64,000 nucleotides of DNA from contig CM103819.1 of NCBI GenBank assembly GCA_047288015.1, forward strand, positions 32,753,354 through 32,817,353, read 5' to 3'. The DNA comes from Mactra antiquata (lineage: Eukaryota). The notes below the pieces were generated by a model. The model was not told the DNA's origin. It worked only from the letters and a program-made list of their open reading frames with translations, and did not search any database. The translations under genes were made by a program, and so were the position numbers. This document shows positions 11,990 through 23,793 of the stretch, in pieces; the stretch's first letter is position 1; every line of letters begins with the position of its first letter.

Positions 11990-12170
11990 GACAGCCAGTC
12001 ACCTCTATAACAGCCAGTCACCTCAATAACAGCCAGTCACTTCTCTATAATACCCAATAACCTCTTTTTAGACCGTCAGGCATATCTCTTTAACAGACGG
12101 TCATTAATATATAACAGCCAGTCATTTCCCTATCAGTCACCTCTTTATAACAGCCACTGAAGTATAGTTC
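11990..12170. repeat. Tandem 19-20-bp repeats of ACAGCCAGTCACCTCT(A)TAA
   Basis: CAGCCAGTCACCTCTATAACAGCCAGTCACCTCAATAACAGCCAGTCACTTCTCTATAA..., with more units to 12170. Related dispersed elements ending in a short hairpin lie at 33590-33660, 44330-44475, 51340-51440 and 51700-51800. Confidence 0.6.
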
Positions 12171-12365
12171 TGCTACTGCCTGCTGTAGTTAGATTTCACT
12201 GCACACTCATGTAAGCGTTTATCTTACGCCAGATAAATGAAGGCAGGTTGAATCGTATTCTTTGTGTGGATATTTGTATGCTGGATGCCTGGCTAGATAG
12301 CTGGTTGGATTGATGGTCGGGTGGTTGGAGTACAAACTGATGGCCACTTATTACGTTAATTCAAA

Positions 12366-12636
12366 ATCCTGCTCAGTCGGTAGCACGTCTTACTGTAATT
12401 CCAGATGTCGTGGGTTCGATTTCTGGGCGGAATTTACACTTTTTGTTCACGAAATACTTTCTACGTCCATTTTCCGTCACACTGTGGTATCAAAAACGAC
12501 AGTTGTCAACCACTGCTTTTGTACTGTTTAAAAGCTTGTGTCTAGAGATCTAAGTCACTCCACGGACAGCGAGTAGTTCGACTGGCCGCCCCGAAATGAC
12601 TGAAAAAGTGTCTGAAGGGCGGCACAAAACACTATA
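12366..12636 (+). mobile_element. tRNA-derived SINE, family B-related
   Basis: Head GCTCAGTCGGTAGCACG..GTCGTGGGTTCGATTTCTGGGCGG. Body ..CAGTTGTCAAC..AGAGATCTAAG..AGTAGTTCGACTGGCCGCCCCGAAATGACTGAAAAAGTGTC. Confidence 0.6.
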
Positions 12637-13769
12637 AAACCAATATAAACCAATTGTTGCTGTACCTAAACAATTTTACTGATCACGGAGCGTGTAACAA
12701 CTCATATGTAAGAAATGTTACAACATTTACATGGCTAAATGCATTTATTCATTTAACACAAATCATCGGTCAGCTGTACACAATACGGCGTACGTACCGA
12801 CAGTTCATCATTAGACATTTAATGAAAATGAGCACAAAATTACATGTAGAACAAAGAAATGAGAAAAAACAATCCCTAAATAGTTTGATCGGGATACCCC
12901 AACCCTGTATATACATAATGAAGTAAATGTAATTATGGTACCAAGCATGCCTTAACATAGATGATTTCAATCACAAGTAATAATGGTTCATGGAACCTAA
13001 CACCATACATCCATTGATCTATTGTACTGCATTGGACATCACGTGACGTCCTATATCTGTTCAGGATGCCATTGGCAAAGTTGGTCTCGAGCTGATATTC
13101 CGAATCACTTAGGTCTCGAGAGATGGTTGTTTTTCAGGTGATCGTATACTTCATTAGGATGTGTTTCTAAGCTTAAGCTAGTAAAATTAATCCATTATGG
13201 AAGTATAAAATATTGCTATCATTTCAACCATTCTTATACTCATGCATATTTTTCACACATCATCTCGAAAAGAGGTTATTTCTAACCCGAATTTGGGAAA
13301 TAATCGATAGACAATATGATCGCTGTAAGTGCACAGCCTCGTTTGTGTACAATCCAGTAATATTGATCAATGTATATATATCGAACATACATTTTACATG
13401 CCATAGAATTTATCGTAAGCAGCCAATGAATTAGGCAAAATGAAATTTGTTACATTCATGAAGCAAATATACTCGTACGAGTATATTAATAAACATATGA
13501 CAGTCTTGATTTCATTATTTGATCGTTGTCATCTATCAGAACCTTGGACTTGTAACTACAATGCACTGTCAATTTATCGTTCGTTGTTTTATCACATCAA
13601 ATTGTAGTAGAATCAGACTGTAATGTCAAAAATGATGAAAATAATGATAGACAAGTTATGAAAATATGATGTGAAAATATTGAATATGCTATGACAAAAG
13701 GTTGAAAATGAGGAAAAATATATTTAAATGAGCGATATTCACATCCTTATATACGACTTTTGTCACGTT

Positions 13770-14092
13770 TTAAATCTGTCCATTTATTCGCATTTCTTTT
13801 ATTTCTTCTTCTGTGATTTCACCACGAACAAATTTTCTGATTTTTATGATTTCTTTGTTGATGTTCTCTCCTGTTTCACCGACAAGAATATTATTTGAAA
13901 CATCAGGAGCGTATTCGGATGCTGGCGGCTTTCTTCCGTAGATTTCCGCCAATTCTCGGAACAGATTCGGAGCATTTCCACAGCACAGGCCGGTATATTG
14001 CACACCTATCGCTTTTGCTTCTTTAGCAAATTTGATAACATCAGCTCTATTACATAGATGACATGTCAGGTTTATTGGATACAAACTTTCCT
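13770..14092 (-). CDS. BHMT: BHMT-like paralog B, terminal exon including TAA stop (acceptor catttcag|AGGAAAG)
   Basis: Translates to (E)ESLYPINLTCHLCNRADVIKFAKEAKAIGVQYTGLCCGNAPNLFRELAEIYGRKPPASEYAPDVSNNILVGETGENINKEIIKIRKFVRGEITEEEIKEMRINGQI*. Length 323 nt. The C-terminal tail diverges from A and C. Confidence 0.75.
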
Positions 14093-15300
14093 CTGAAATG
14101 TAGAAAGGGATACTACATATATTTACAAGAAAACATTGATGCAAAGCATTAAAGGGTACCGGAAATTGGTTACATCATTTGACTCACATCGTGAAAAGAA
14201 TTCATTGAGATATGCGGTAGATAATGACCATGTATGCATTTTTTTCAACATTCACAGTCATGAGAGGCAGCGTACATATTTTATACAGCAAAGTTCCGCT
14301 ATTAAGACACCCTTGGCTATTACAAAATCATGCGATTTAGGACACTTATTAAGACCCAAATGCTTAATTTATGAAGAAAGGGTCCCTATAGTAAGACCGT
14401 TTCGCTATTAAGACCATCGATTTTGCTGGTCATAATAATGGAACTTTACTGTATCACTTACTGGAGAGTGCACGTGTTAAATGCAAAATCCAGTTACCGC
14501 GTGCTAAGTTGATAATTGGCATCGAGAGATAAATGAGTGATAGTGATTTCCTCACCAAATATCTATGAGACCCCTTGCAATAATGCCAGATATACAAACA
14601 AATCAAGAACATACACGTATATATTAACTAAACAAAGATCAATCAAAGGGCTGAAAGCACTGACGCGAAACGAATTGCTCGTTAAAGTTAACCAAGCGGC
14701 TGATACTGGCAGTTTGGATATTCTCATAAATGATTATCTTCTTGAATATTTTTTAACAGTTATGTTCTGTGTTTGAGACCGAACAGATTTTTCGTGCATA
14801 GAGTTTATTTTGTTTGTAGAAAAAAGAAAACAGTCTGATTAAGTGAGTCTGGTTGTTAAGAATAAGCCTAGCAGATAAATCGGAGTCGCTTAAGAACGAC
14901 GTGCGTGTATAGTGCTGGAGAAATGGACGACGGGAGTTGATTTAAAACTTATATACGCCATCTTGTTTACATCACGTGGAAATGATTGTAATTGTGGCTA
15001 CCTATGAGCAACGAAGAAGTGATACAATTAAGTGATATGTTGAGATTCCATCTCACGGTTGTGTGTTTCACATAAGTGATGAGGGACATAAGTGTCGGAC
15101 AATAAACAATAGACAGGGACGCAACGTTTATGCTCGCCTACATATAGCGCGAAGATTATGGCTATTATTACCACAGACATAGTCGTGTTTTTACTTATTC
15201 AGTTTAGCTTCATTATCTCCACACAGTGTTGTCCTTCAAAAACAAGAAGTGTCGACTTTTCATGCAACCAAACCAACAAAGTACATTATGAAAAACTAAC

Positions 15301-15382
15301 CTGTGTCTGGATCTTTGTACGTCATAAATGTTTTGTATTTGTTATTTGTTCGGAATGGTACTGGTAATGCTGCTATTGGTCC
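15301..15382 (-). CDS. BHMT: BHMT-like paralog B, exon 6 (acceptor tctttcag|GGACCAATAG, donor ACAG|gttagt)
   Basis: Translates to GPIAALPVPFRTNNKYKTFMTYKDPDT. Length 82 nt. Confidence 0.75.
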
Positions 15383-16288
15383 CTGAAAGAAACACATGAA
15401 ATATGATCGACTGCAATAAATGTCCCAATGCTTAGGAATACAAGGCGAGTCATCGAATAAACATTTGCTGGCATACGTCGTACAAGCCATATATATATTG
15501 CGTAAATTACTAAAAGTTTGAAACATAACGTACATTCATTCAAAACATTATAAGTACGCTTCCCTCAGTTTTCTTCTAAGCTATTGTTGTTATGCGGCCT
15601 GTGTTGCGATATTAGATATGTTTTTACATGTAGGTAATACGCCGCGATAATTTGTATGTATGGTAGAACATCTTAAAAAACTTGTTGAAGTTTACTTGTA
15701 CGCTCAGTTACTATTTGCATATACTTCAGTTCCCTGTCCGGAAAATTTATAAATGCTTAATTTCAAAACACGTTGACACTCGCAACCTTTATTAATTGTT
15801 TTTTTTTTTATTTCTGTACACAGTGGTGACAGAGATGACATAACCTTGTGCTAAAATAGATTTTAAAGACAACAAAGTAGTTTTGTCCTCATGGGTCTAT
15901 GACCTCCTTGATTTAGGTTAGATAAACTTATTTAACTTGTAGTTTTTAAATAACTAAGCTAGGGCATTAATTAATCACAGCACATGGCATAAACATGTTT
16001 AATTTAGTACATTTGGCGTTCTCATACCTGTCCTTAATTTTTTGAAAACATGCTTTATCATTGCTGTAACTCGTTTAAAGTTCATTGTGTTTGTATGCTT
16101 TTTTTGTAACAACTTAGAAATTTGTTCAATTTATTATGTTTTTAACGTCTGATCCTTCCGCTCAAAGTTTGTAATAAGGTCTTTAATGGTACACATTAAA
16201 GATTAAAATGTCACAATGTCACATGTTCTTAAGAAGTTGTCAAACTGAGGGGTCAATGACCTCAGTTTTATTTTACAACGGAAGTTAC

Positions 16289-16467
16289 CTTGCACGCCTT
16301 TCGGATGTCTTTGATAAGTGGCATTAAGGTTACTGGTCCTCGTGAACAGTTCAAACCAACAACGTCTGCTCCGGCGTCTTCTAGCATTTTACATGCTTTA
16401 TCGAATGGTACAAAGTCTAGAGTGACATCGGGTACGTACGGTGTCAAGGTAACCACAGATGGCACAC
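16289..16467 (-). CDS. BHMT: BHMT-like paralog B, exon 5 (acceptor ctattcag|GTGTGCC, donor AAG|gtaact)
   Basis: Translates to (G)VPSVVTLTPYVPDVTLDFVPFDKACKMLEDAGADVVGLNCSRGPVTLMPLIKDIRKACK. Length 179 nt. Confidence 0.78.
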
Positions 16468-17126
16468 CTGAATAGAACAAAATATGTCTAGAAATTATAT
16501 CTAGTATCTTAATGATTTCATTTTGTAGAGAGGCATGAAAGAATGTGTAAATGCCTTTCTGATGGTTCTAATGCATTGAACAACAAGGTTTTCTTCAAAA
16601 TCACCAGGCCACCAAATATATGTATGGACCGAGGTATCGTGTGATGGACATTTTTGTGTATTTTATTACCAAGAGATTATTGTTTGATTCCCGATCACGA
16701 CTGTATAGACATTCCCATTCGTAAAATGACCAACTTAAATGCCGATTGTTTTTCATATTAAAAGAAAAACTTAGTCCACCCTTGTGTATTTCTCTAGTAC
16801 TGTTTTGAATGCAGTCTAGAAAAAATGGTTAGATGAATAGATCACTTTGATATACAAATGTAATGAAATATTGGTGAAGACAGCGCAATACAAGGCCAAA
16901 CATATAAATGATACACGTCATGAAACATGAAAAACTAGTTGAAAACCAATAAACAGTGTAGTTTGAAAATCCGTACTCTTTTGGGACCAAATACAAATTT
17001 CGTATTTCACAGAGTTCCGACTTTTCAGTCTTACACACTGTAGAGAGCCTCTTCGATGCATTGTTACCTCTTTGTGTTGATATACCGTTAAACCCAGCCA
17101 AACAAACAAGCAGTAGAATATCTCAC

Positions 17127-17232
17127 CTGCATCTTTGATGACTTCAAGAGCTATTAATGCTTCACCAAGGTAACAGAATGTCTCAGCAATGATAAAATCA
17201 CAACCACCTTCTACAGCCCATTGTACTTGTTC
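17127..17232 (-). CDS. BHMT: BHMT-like paralog B, exon 4 (acceptor tttctag|GAACAAG, donor GCAG|gtgaga)
   Basis: Translates to [36 protein letters not shown]. Length 106 nt, which is 6 nt (2 codons) shorter than A and C exon 4. Confidence 0.72.
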
Positions 17233-17627
17233 CTAGAAACAGAAATCATTAAACCATTGCTAACAATAAGCTGGAGCTAAGTATAGCTTACAGCTTGTTC
17301 ATATTGACCCGAGACGATTTATACATTGCACGCTGTAATACGTAAATTGTAAGCGATTATCGTATTTAAAAAAGTAAATTATATTGACACTCTCTCAGAT
17401 CAATGTCATTGTACCTATTCAATACCAAAAATGTGGTCTATAACGCCGACTTATCCCGGAACTAGGCCTCTGCGCTTTGAGCCGTAGACGTGTATTTAAA
17501 GTAGGAGCAGTGGTTCTGTTGTAGGACGCGCGTCCCGATTCAAAACCTGCCAAGGCACTGCTTTTTTCCCTGAGCAACTGTAAAGCAGTTAAGCGTGTGA
17601 ATGCGTGAAACGTAGACTATAACTAAC

Positions 17628-17822
17628 CTTAAACATATTTTTAGCATATTTATGGGATTCAGCATCATTTGTACTGTAAACTCCCGTTCCATTAATATTT
17701 CCCGCCATTAATGTGCCAGTCTCGTCTGCAACTTCACGCGCTATCTTTAATGCTGTTCTGTTGAGTTTTTCCAGGTCGTCTTCTCTTCCTATAGACCGTA
17801 GCTTCTCTCTGTGTGCGTAATA
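17628..17822 (-). CDS. BHMT: BHMT-like paralog B, exon 3 (acceptor cattacag|TATTACGC, donor AAG|gttagt)
   Basis: Translates to YYAHREKLRSIGREDDLEKLNRTALKIAREVADETGTLMAGNINGTGVYSTNDAESHKYAKNMFK. Length 195 nt. It is not reported by the ORF track in this frame and was found by homology to A and C exon 3. Confidence 0.75.
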
Positions 17823-18759
17823 CTGTAATGAAAGTGAAAGAAGAAGTACGAAAACTGACTAAATTATTTGTAGAGCATTTTTGTACTAAGAATAACAACA
17901 GCAAATTCATATAATTTTGGGTCCATAGTGGTGTCACACTCACATGTTAAATATCAAATAGCAAAAGCACGATGAAATGACGCGAAAACACGAGGTGATA
18001 GATATCGCGTTTTCGCATTCTTTATATTGCGTTATGGTTATACATGTCACTTGAGCACAACGGGAGACAACAATGTCTCAATGTAGCCTTGCATTGGGCA
18101 ATGTATTAGCACTTACATTTTGCATATCTTATTTCCAATTCAAACTGTAATATATAACATTTAAAATTTGTAGTAAATTTGTACTGATAAAAAGTGCGTC
18201 ATTTAGAGGCCCATTCTTATGAAAACTTGACAATTGGCATAACGGAATGTCGATTTTTTAACTTCATTTGATAATATTATCGTATTCACCATCGACGAGC
18301 GTAAGGTATATCTTTTCTTATTCCGAAGCAGAAAAACTATCACTTCACTGGAAGGTTGGCTTATATATATTTAAATATATGAAGGAACCCGACATAAATG
18401 GAAATATTTAGAGGAGCCGTACTCTTCTAAGAGACAAGATAATGTCAATTATTTGGGTTGTATGAATGTAAAACCCATTATGTGTGTTTGAGTTGTTTCT
18501 AAGCTTTAGGAATCCGTCATTTTCAAAGCTATATGTGCAAATTTACGCCAGATATGTTAAAAACTAAGTCAAACCCCGTTTAACAAAATAGACATATTTC
18601 AAGAATGTGTTTCTTTATATTAAGGTAATTGCAAACATATAAGAGTATGACACATACATTATATGTAAAACAAATTCGTTATGCTCATACAAAACAATAA
18701 CTGAGTGTCATTCTTTTAGATATATAAAGAAAGTTCCAATGTTTTAAAACAAACTTGTC

Positions 18760-21700
18760 CCGTAAATTATGAAAGCTTGTCCCGTAAACTATGAAAGCTT
18801 GTCCCGTAAATTATATTTTCATCTTATAATGTTTAAAATAAAATTGATGACAAAAATCTGTGTCTATGGTAAATAATGTTTTGTATGTAAGCTAAATTCG
18901 GTCAGTAAAACTTGTTATGTCAATTATGTAAGTTTCAGCTTGCACACCGATAAAAAAAATTAATTGTTTTGCACTTTTAGGGCAAAATGTATCATTATTT
19001 GTAAGTCAGCAAAAAATATTTATAAGTTAAATTCATACATAGGTAATTTTAAACTTCTATAACAATTTACATCATTTAAGTCTCTCGACAACCCTTCCAA
19101 TCTGTCCTATAAATAAGACAAAATGTCCCGTAAATTAGAATTTTAATTTTATGCATTTGTCATGTCATCAAAATATTATTTTAGTTTATTTGGTACGGTT
19201 TTAAAGACATATTATAGATTCAAATAACTATGTCAATCGTGGCAAAAATATTCACTAACAGAACTTGTAAACATAAATTACACTGTAGTCGTGTGACCAC
19301 AGGCAGGAGCATGAATAGATAAAAATATACCAAGCCAATAAACATATGAAATTTTGTATGCCATTTTTATGAAACATATTAAAATTATTTTGTATTGACG
19401 AACAAGTGCTGTGCTGTTTTTATGACACTTTATTGCTTGAAAATAACTTAAGCGAAGAATATACTCTTAACAAAGTTATAACTGGAACCCTGTAGGTACG
19501 GTTGATGCAATTTGTGTACACAAGCGCGACAATGTGTCATTTTATTTAAATCAGTCATAAAATAGGAATTAGCCAATAAAGTGTGGCATGTTCACTGAAA
19601 ACATAAATTGCCTTTTGTAAATAGACAAACCCCTGTATGACCATGCCAAAACAGAAAATGTCAACGTGCATTTATACTTTAAGTATTTCAGTTTCAGTTA
19701 TTTTTTTGGATTTTTTTTTTCAATTTGGTTTTACGCCATTTATCATCACATTTTATTTTATTATTTAATTGGTTCATAACACCAGTGCAATATAACATCC
19801 AGTGAAAGCTCAACATGTTAGATATTATACTAGATGCTGGGCAAGGAGTAAAGTCATACTGCCATATCAGCATCAGTACATCTTTATTGGCGTATGATCC
19901 AACATTTGTGATGTTCAGAATTTTCAGAATTAGGATGACCATATACATTTCTAAATTCAGTATTTAATTCATTTCTATCCAGTTATGCCCAGTGTGACTG
20001 CATAATTTTATTCGTTTTAAACTGAAAATAGATAAGTCAGCTCCTTTGGCATGTGTAGTATCATGTAGTTAGGCTAACTGTTTAAAGTAACAATAAAACA
20101 TATATTTTTAGATGGAAAATGAATTGGGAAATGAATGAACAGTTTTGTATAGTTGTTTATACACACATTTTCTGTTCAGAAAAATATACTCCCAATTACA
20201 GCGCAAATACTAGGCATTATTTGTGTTTGTTAAATTGCCTGTTTATTTAGATTTTACGCCGTTGATCAAATTATTTTCAGTTACTCACAGCGGCTGACTA
20301 TAACAGGGATTTACCACTAATCGCTTGTAATTTCTTCCACAAGGGGTTGGCAGTGTCTCTCTATATGAAAGAAAATCGACATTATTGTCTAATTTTCATG
20401 TAAATTATGAGCCCCGTGACCAAAATTTAAAATCCGGCTTCCTGGATTCAAGATCCAACGTACTTACACTGCACCACTTGACATCCTGAAAGCTTTTGAT
20501 AAAATAATGCTTTTACATCTATGTTTAAATTAAAATGCAGTCAGTGCTTTAAGTATGTGATGATTGTTCATACTGCGGTCAGTACAAATGTAAAAATCTG
20601 CAATAATATACAATTAAAGTGGTTGCTGCTATACTAAATGTGATTTAAACATACATAACTCAACTTGGAATAAAATCAATACCCATATTTTTATTTCTAA
20701 TTTACGAGACGGCACCAATCTAATTTACAGGACACTCGATTAAAGCGAAACACTGCTGAAAATGTGCGTCGTCGGAAATATTCTGCAACATTTGATCAAT
20801 ATGCATGGTTCTGACAATACGAATAAATACACCTATCAAACTATATGTTCTTCGATTGGTCGATGCATGCCTTTGTTGTTTCAGCATTACAATATTGGTC
20901 GATGGTTGATTAAAACGTTGTGAATCAATGACGTTGTTTATGCTAACAACACGCAATCGTTTGAAATAGAAGTGATCTTCTTGCATTTTGATATATTTTA
21001 GACATACCTGGTCACAAATACAATCTGTTTCAAAGATACGATGACGATTCAAATAGTATTTAGGCCTAGCATCATTCAGTCCTAATTTACGGGACACTTT
21101 TTCTAACCTACGGGACAGAGGTTTGGTCGGGAAATGAACACAGACACACATGATTATGACCCCAATAAATACTTTGTATGTACTTTTGTATAAATTGCGG
21201 ACATACATAGTACAAAAAGGAGCTGAAATTCATATCTGTCAATACGAGCCATGGGGGGAAACTTGTTGTTAATATTTTGTTATATGTTTGCTAGCACATT
21301 ATTTTATCATCAAAATGGCGATTTAGTAACAGTCTGTTGTGTTTATATTGGCAAAATTAGCCCAATTCTACACAATAGAGTACATGAATAGCAGAGAATA
21401 TGTAATATAAAGCACTTTGGACTCGTAAATTAGGGCTCGTAAATTAGAAAAATTACATTTTGATAAACTTCAAACGCAAGTAAAATATTTGTTTCTGCAT
21501 AGGAATTCTATTATTTCTCAATGACTGAGTTAAATTTGTCAGCGTTAGAATCCACGTTAAATAGATGCAGAATGCCAACTTGCAAACGATATACTCACGG
21601 AAAAGAAAAATGCTCGTAAATTAGAAATCATTTTTCAGTTTTGAAAATTAATATTTTCGGTCAGAGTAATTTCTTTCTGGTTCTGGTTACTGGAAAAGAA

Positions 21701-21850
21701 AATATTATGCATGTACCCTTGATCATTTATGACTTCAAAAACACGAAATGATTCAATCTAACGTGTATTACATTGTCGTTTGTTTGCTTTTCAGTTATGG
21801 ACTCGTAAATTAACCGTATTTTGGAGACACGCCCTTTTCGTTGAAAAAAA
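18760..21850. mobile_element. Candidate non-autonomous DNA transposon or remnant, defined by clustered GTCCCGTAAATTA-type motifs in both orientations
   Basis: At least 10 copies of GTCCCGTAAATTA / CTCGTAAATTAG lie within 3 kb. Three tandem 22-bp units sit at 18773-18832, a plus copy at 19122, inverted copies at 20722 and 21065-21110, and plus copies at 21421-21447, 21604 and 21794. The motif was not seen elsewhere in the window. The block encloses the 162-aa ORF at 20720-21208 (-). It lies inside the 6-kb intron 1 of BHMT copy B. Confidence 0.4.
20720..21208 (-). CDS. 162-aa ORF inside the GTCCCGTAAATTA motif cluster, possibly a transposon-derived protein fragment
   Basis: This is the longest ORF in the window outside the BHMT exons, and it is unusually long for AT-rich DNA. 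I could not recognise any conserved domain by eye. Its ends overlap motif copies at 20722 and 21065. Confidence 0.25.
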   Translation of the reverse strand: MYVRNLYKSTYKVFIGVIIMCVCVHFPTKPLSRRLEKVSRKLGLNDARPKYYLNRHRIFETDCICDQVCLKYIKMQEDHFYFKRLRVVSINNVIDSQRFNQPSTNIVMLKQQRHASTNRRTYSLIGVFIRIVRTMHIDQMLQNISDDAHFQQCFALIECPVN

Positions 21851-22299
21851 ACACTATCGTACTTTTTTGTTTGAAGTTTTTACTCTTCATACCAAACTTT
21901 TCCATAAAATCATTAAATATGTGCAACTTACGCATCGTTAATACAATGATATGATATATTTTTTACCTTTTTAAAATAAGAAAAAGTTTTGGCGACATAG
22001 GGTTTTTGACTAATCACCGGTATTCTGATGGCTATATCGTCGAAGTGGAACACTATATTTTCGGAGGTGATGCATCAAAAAAATTGTAATAGCCTATTCT
22101 ACTAATAAAATTAAGATTTACCGACTCTGGGCTATGAATATGACACTGGTGAATTCATAAACACTGGAGACATCAATTGTCAAGTTTTCATGAGAATTGG
22201 TCTAGAGTTGATGTTATTCCGTACTTTTGCTTGACTCACAGCGAAAAGAACAACCAGATTTTCTATCTACTTTGCGTTTGATAAGTTTGGTTTGTTTTT

Positions 22300-22420
22300 G
22301 TTAACGCACCATTCGAGGTCTACAATTCACCTAACTTAGATTCCTGGAATGCACCAGTACCATACTCCCATCCTCCGTAAACATTTACCAATTGTCTCAT
22401 ACGAAGAGCCATCGTCAAAT
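22300..22420. mobile_element. SINE family C fragment
   Basis: ..AGATTCCTGGAATGCACCAGTACCATACTCCCATCCTCCGTAAACATTTACC.. is similar to 6340-6400 (CTCCTGGAATTCACCAGTACTAGACTAACATCCTTTACAACTTTC). Confidence 0.4.
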
Positions 22421-23321
22421 GTTTACGTCATTTTATCTTACATGAGTGCGAGCAAGGACAGCCCTGACAGTACACCATAAACCGGAGTCATCCAATATAT
22501 CAGAATTAAGATGTCATATGTCATTGACTCTCCGTGGGAGTTTAATGCAAAACAAGCAATGACATATTGAATATCATTTAGTTGTGATAACACGATGGCT
22601 CTAATGATATTCCGTAGTTTTACCTGACCCATATAGCGAACCTGAGATAAAGAATTTGTAAACAAACTTAAGTAGATGGGCATTATTATAATTGTACTCC
22701 ATCACCCTAGATACAAAGGTTAATGTGTACTTAATGACGTAACGGGGGGTTACAATGTAGGACAAATACATGCTTTCATATATGTGGCAGGGCAAGTTTA
22801 TATTTTACCCAGAACATTAAAAAGAACAGAACATACATGTATTTACCAACTTTTGAAAGTTCATTTGTTTATATACACGTGTGTACATGAGCAGGAAAAA
22901 TAGAACACATACATTTGTCCATATTCTCGTATCCAGACGTTCAATCTAGATAATTGGTCGATCAAGTATCTTCTTACCTATGGCTTGCGAGAATGATTTT
23001 TCCCATGACTGACAAAATACCGGCTGTTACTAATAAGCACGTTGATTATATGTAGCGGTTCATTAATCAAGGAGTCAATCCAATAAGACAGTCAGTTGAA
23101 AAGAGTGTAAACAAATTCGCGTGATAATGGTCAATTTATTATACATATACAGTCACTGGGTTCTAATACAAATCAAATATGCAATATAATATGCTCTATA
23201 AATGTACTTCGTGTACGCTAGTTTGTAATTTATCAATCGTTCACCCCCCCAAAAAAAAGAATAAAAAGTTCTGGCAAAATACTAATACAAGGTATTATCC
23301 ACGTATTACAATTGTCGAATC

Positions 23322-23640
23322 CCGCCCGGCTAGCTCAGTCGGTAGCGCACAAGTCTACTGATCGAGGGGTCGTGGGTTCGATCCCCGGGCGGGGCATACT
23401 TTCGTGAAGCTTGGTCATGAAATTTTTTCTACGGCCATTCTCCCTCCTACCACTGATTCTAAATCATGTAGGGCAGTTGTCAGTCACTGACGGAAGTATG
23501 CGCCTAGTAACTGGTTAACAGCTAAATCCAGAGATTTAGCCTTTCCAGGAACAGTGAGTAGGTTGACTGACCGCCGTGATATGACCTATACAATGTGTTG
23601 CTACGGCGTTAAACCCCCCCCCCAAAAAAAAAAAAAAAAA
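23322..23640 (+). mobile_element. tRNA-derived SINE, family B, full-length with poly-C/poly-A tail
   Basis: Head GCCCGGCTAGCTCAGTCGGTAGCGCAC..GGGGTCGTGGGTTCGATCCCCGGGCGGGG. Body CATACTTTCGTG..CCATTCTCCCTCC..GGGCAGTTGTCAGTCACTG..CTGGTTAACAGCTAAATCCAG..GTAGGTTGACTGACCGCCGTGATATGACCTATACAATGTGTTGCTACGGCGTTAAACCC, then C9 A19. It sits inside the large intron 1 of BHMT copy B. Confidence 0.8.
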
Positions 23641-23793
23641 ACAATTGTCGAAAATCCTCGTCCGGCCTGTTGCAATTCATTGGAGTGAATAAAATGAAAC
23701 ATGGCGACTAGATCTGGTACATGATGGATAATGACGTATAGTGATCGAATATTTTGCTAAACCCAAAAGAGCTATTTAATTCTTTCGACTTAC

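Noticed and set aside
17440-17600. Possible additional SINE in the copy B intron between exons 3 and 4 (GCGCAGAGGCCTAGTTCCGGGATAAGTCGGCG..)
   Set aside because: It has some tRNA-like flavour, but I could not align it convincingly to families A, B or C or find box motifs, so it was left unannotated.
23322-23396. tRNA gene calls for the tRNA-like sequences (for example 23322-23396, 10502-10575, 41770-41845, 12366-12440, 47135-47205, 54035-54105)
   Set aside because: Each has A-box and B-box-like motifs, but the 5' and 3' acceptor-stem halves are not complementary and no clean cloverleaf forms. Each runs directly into a conserved SINE body shared among many copies. They are SINE heads, not functional tRNA genes.
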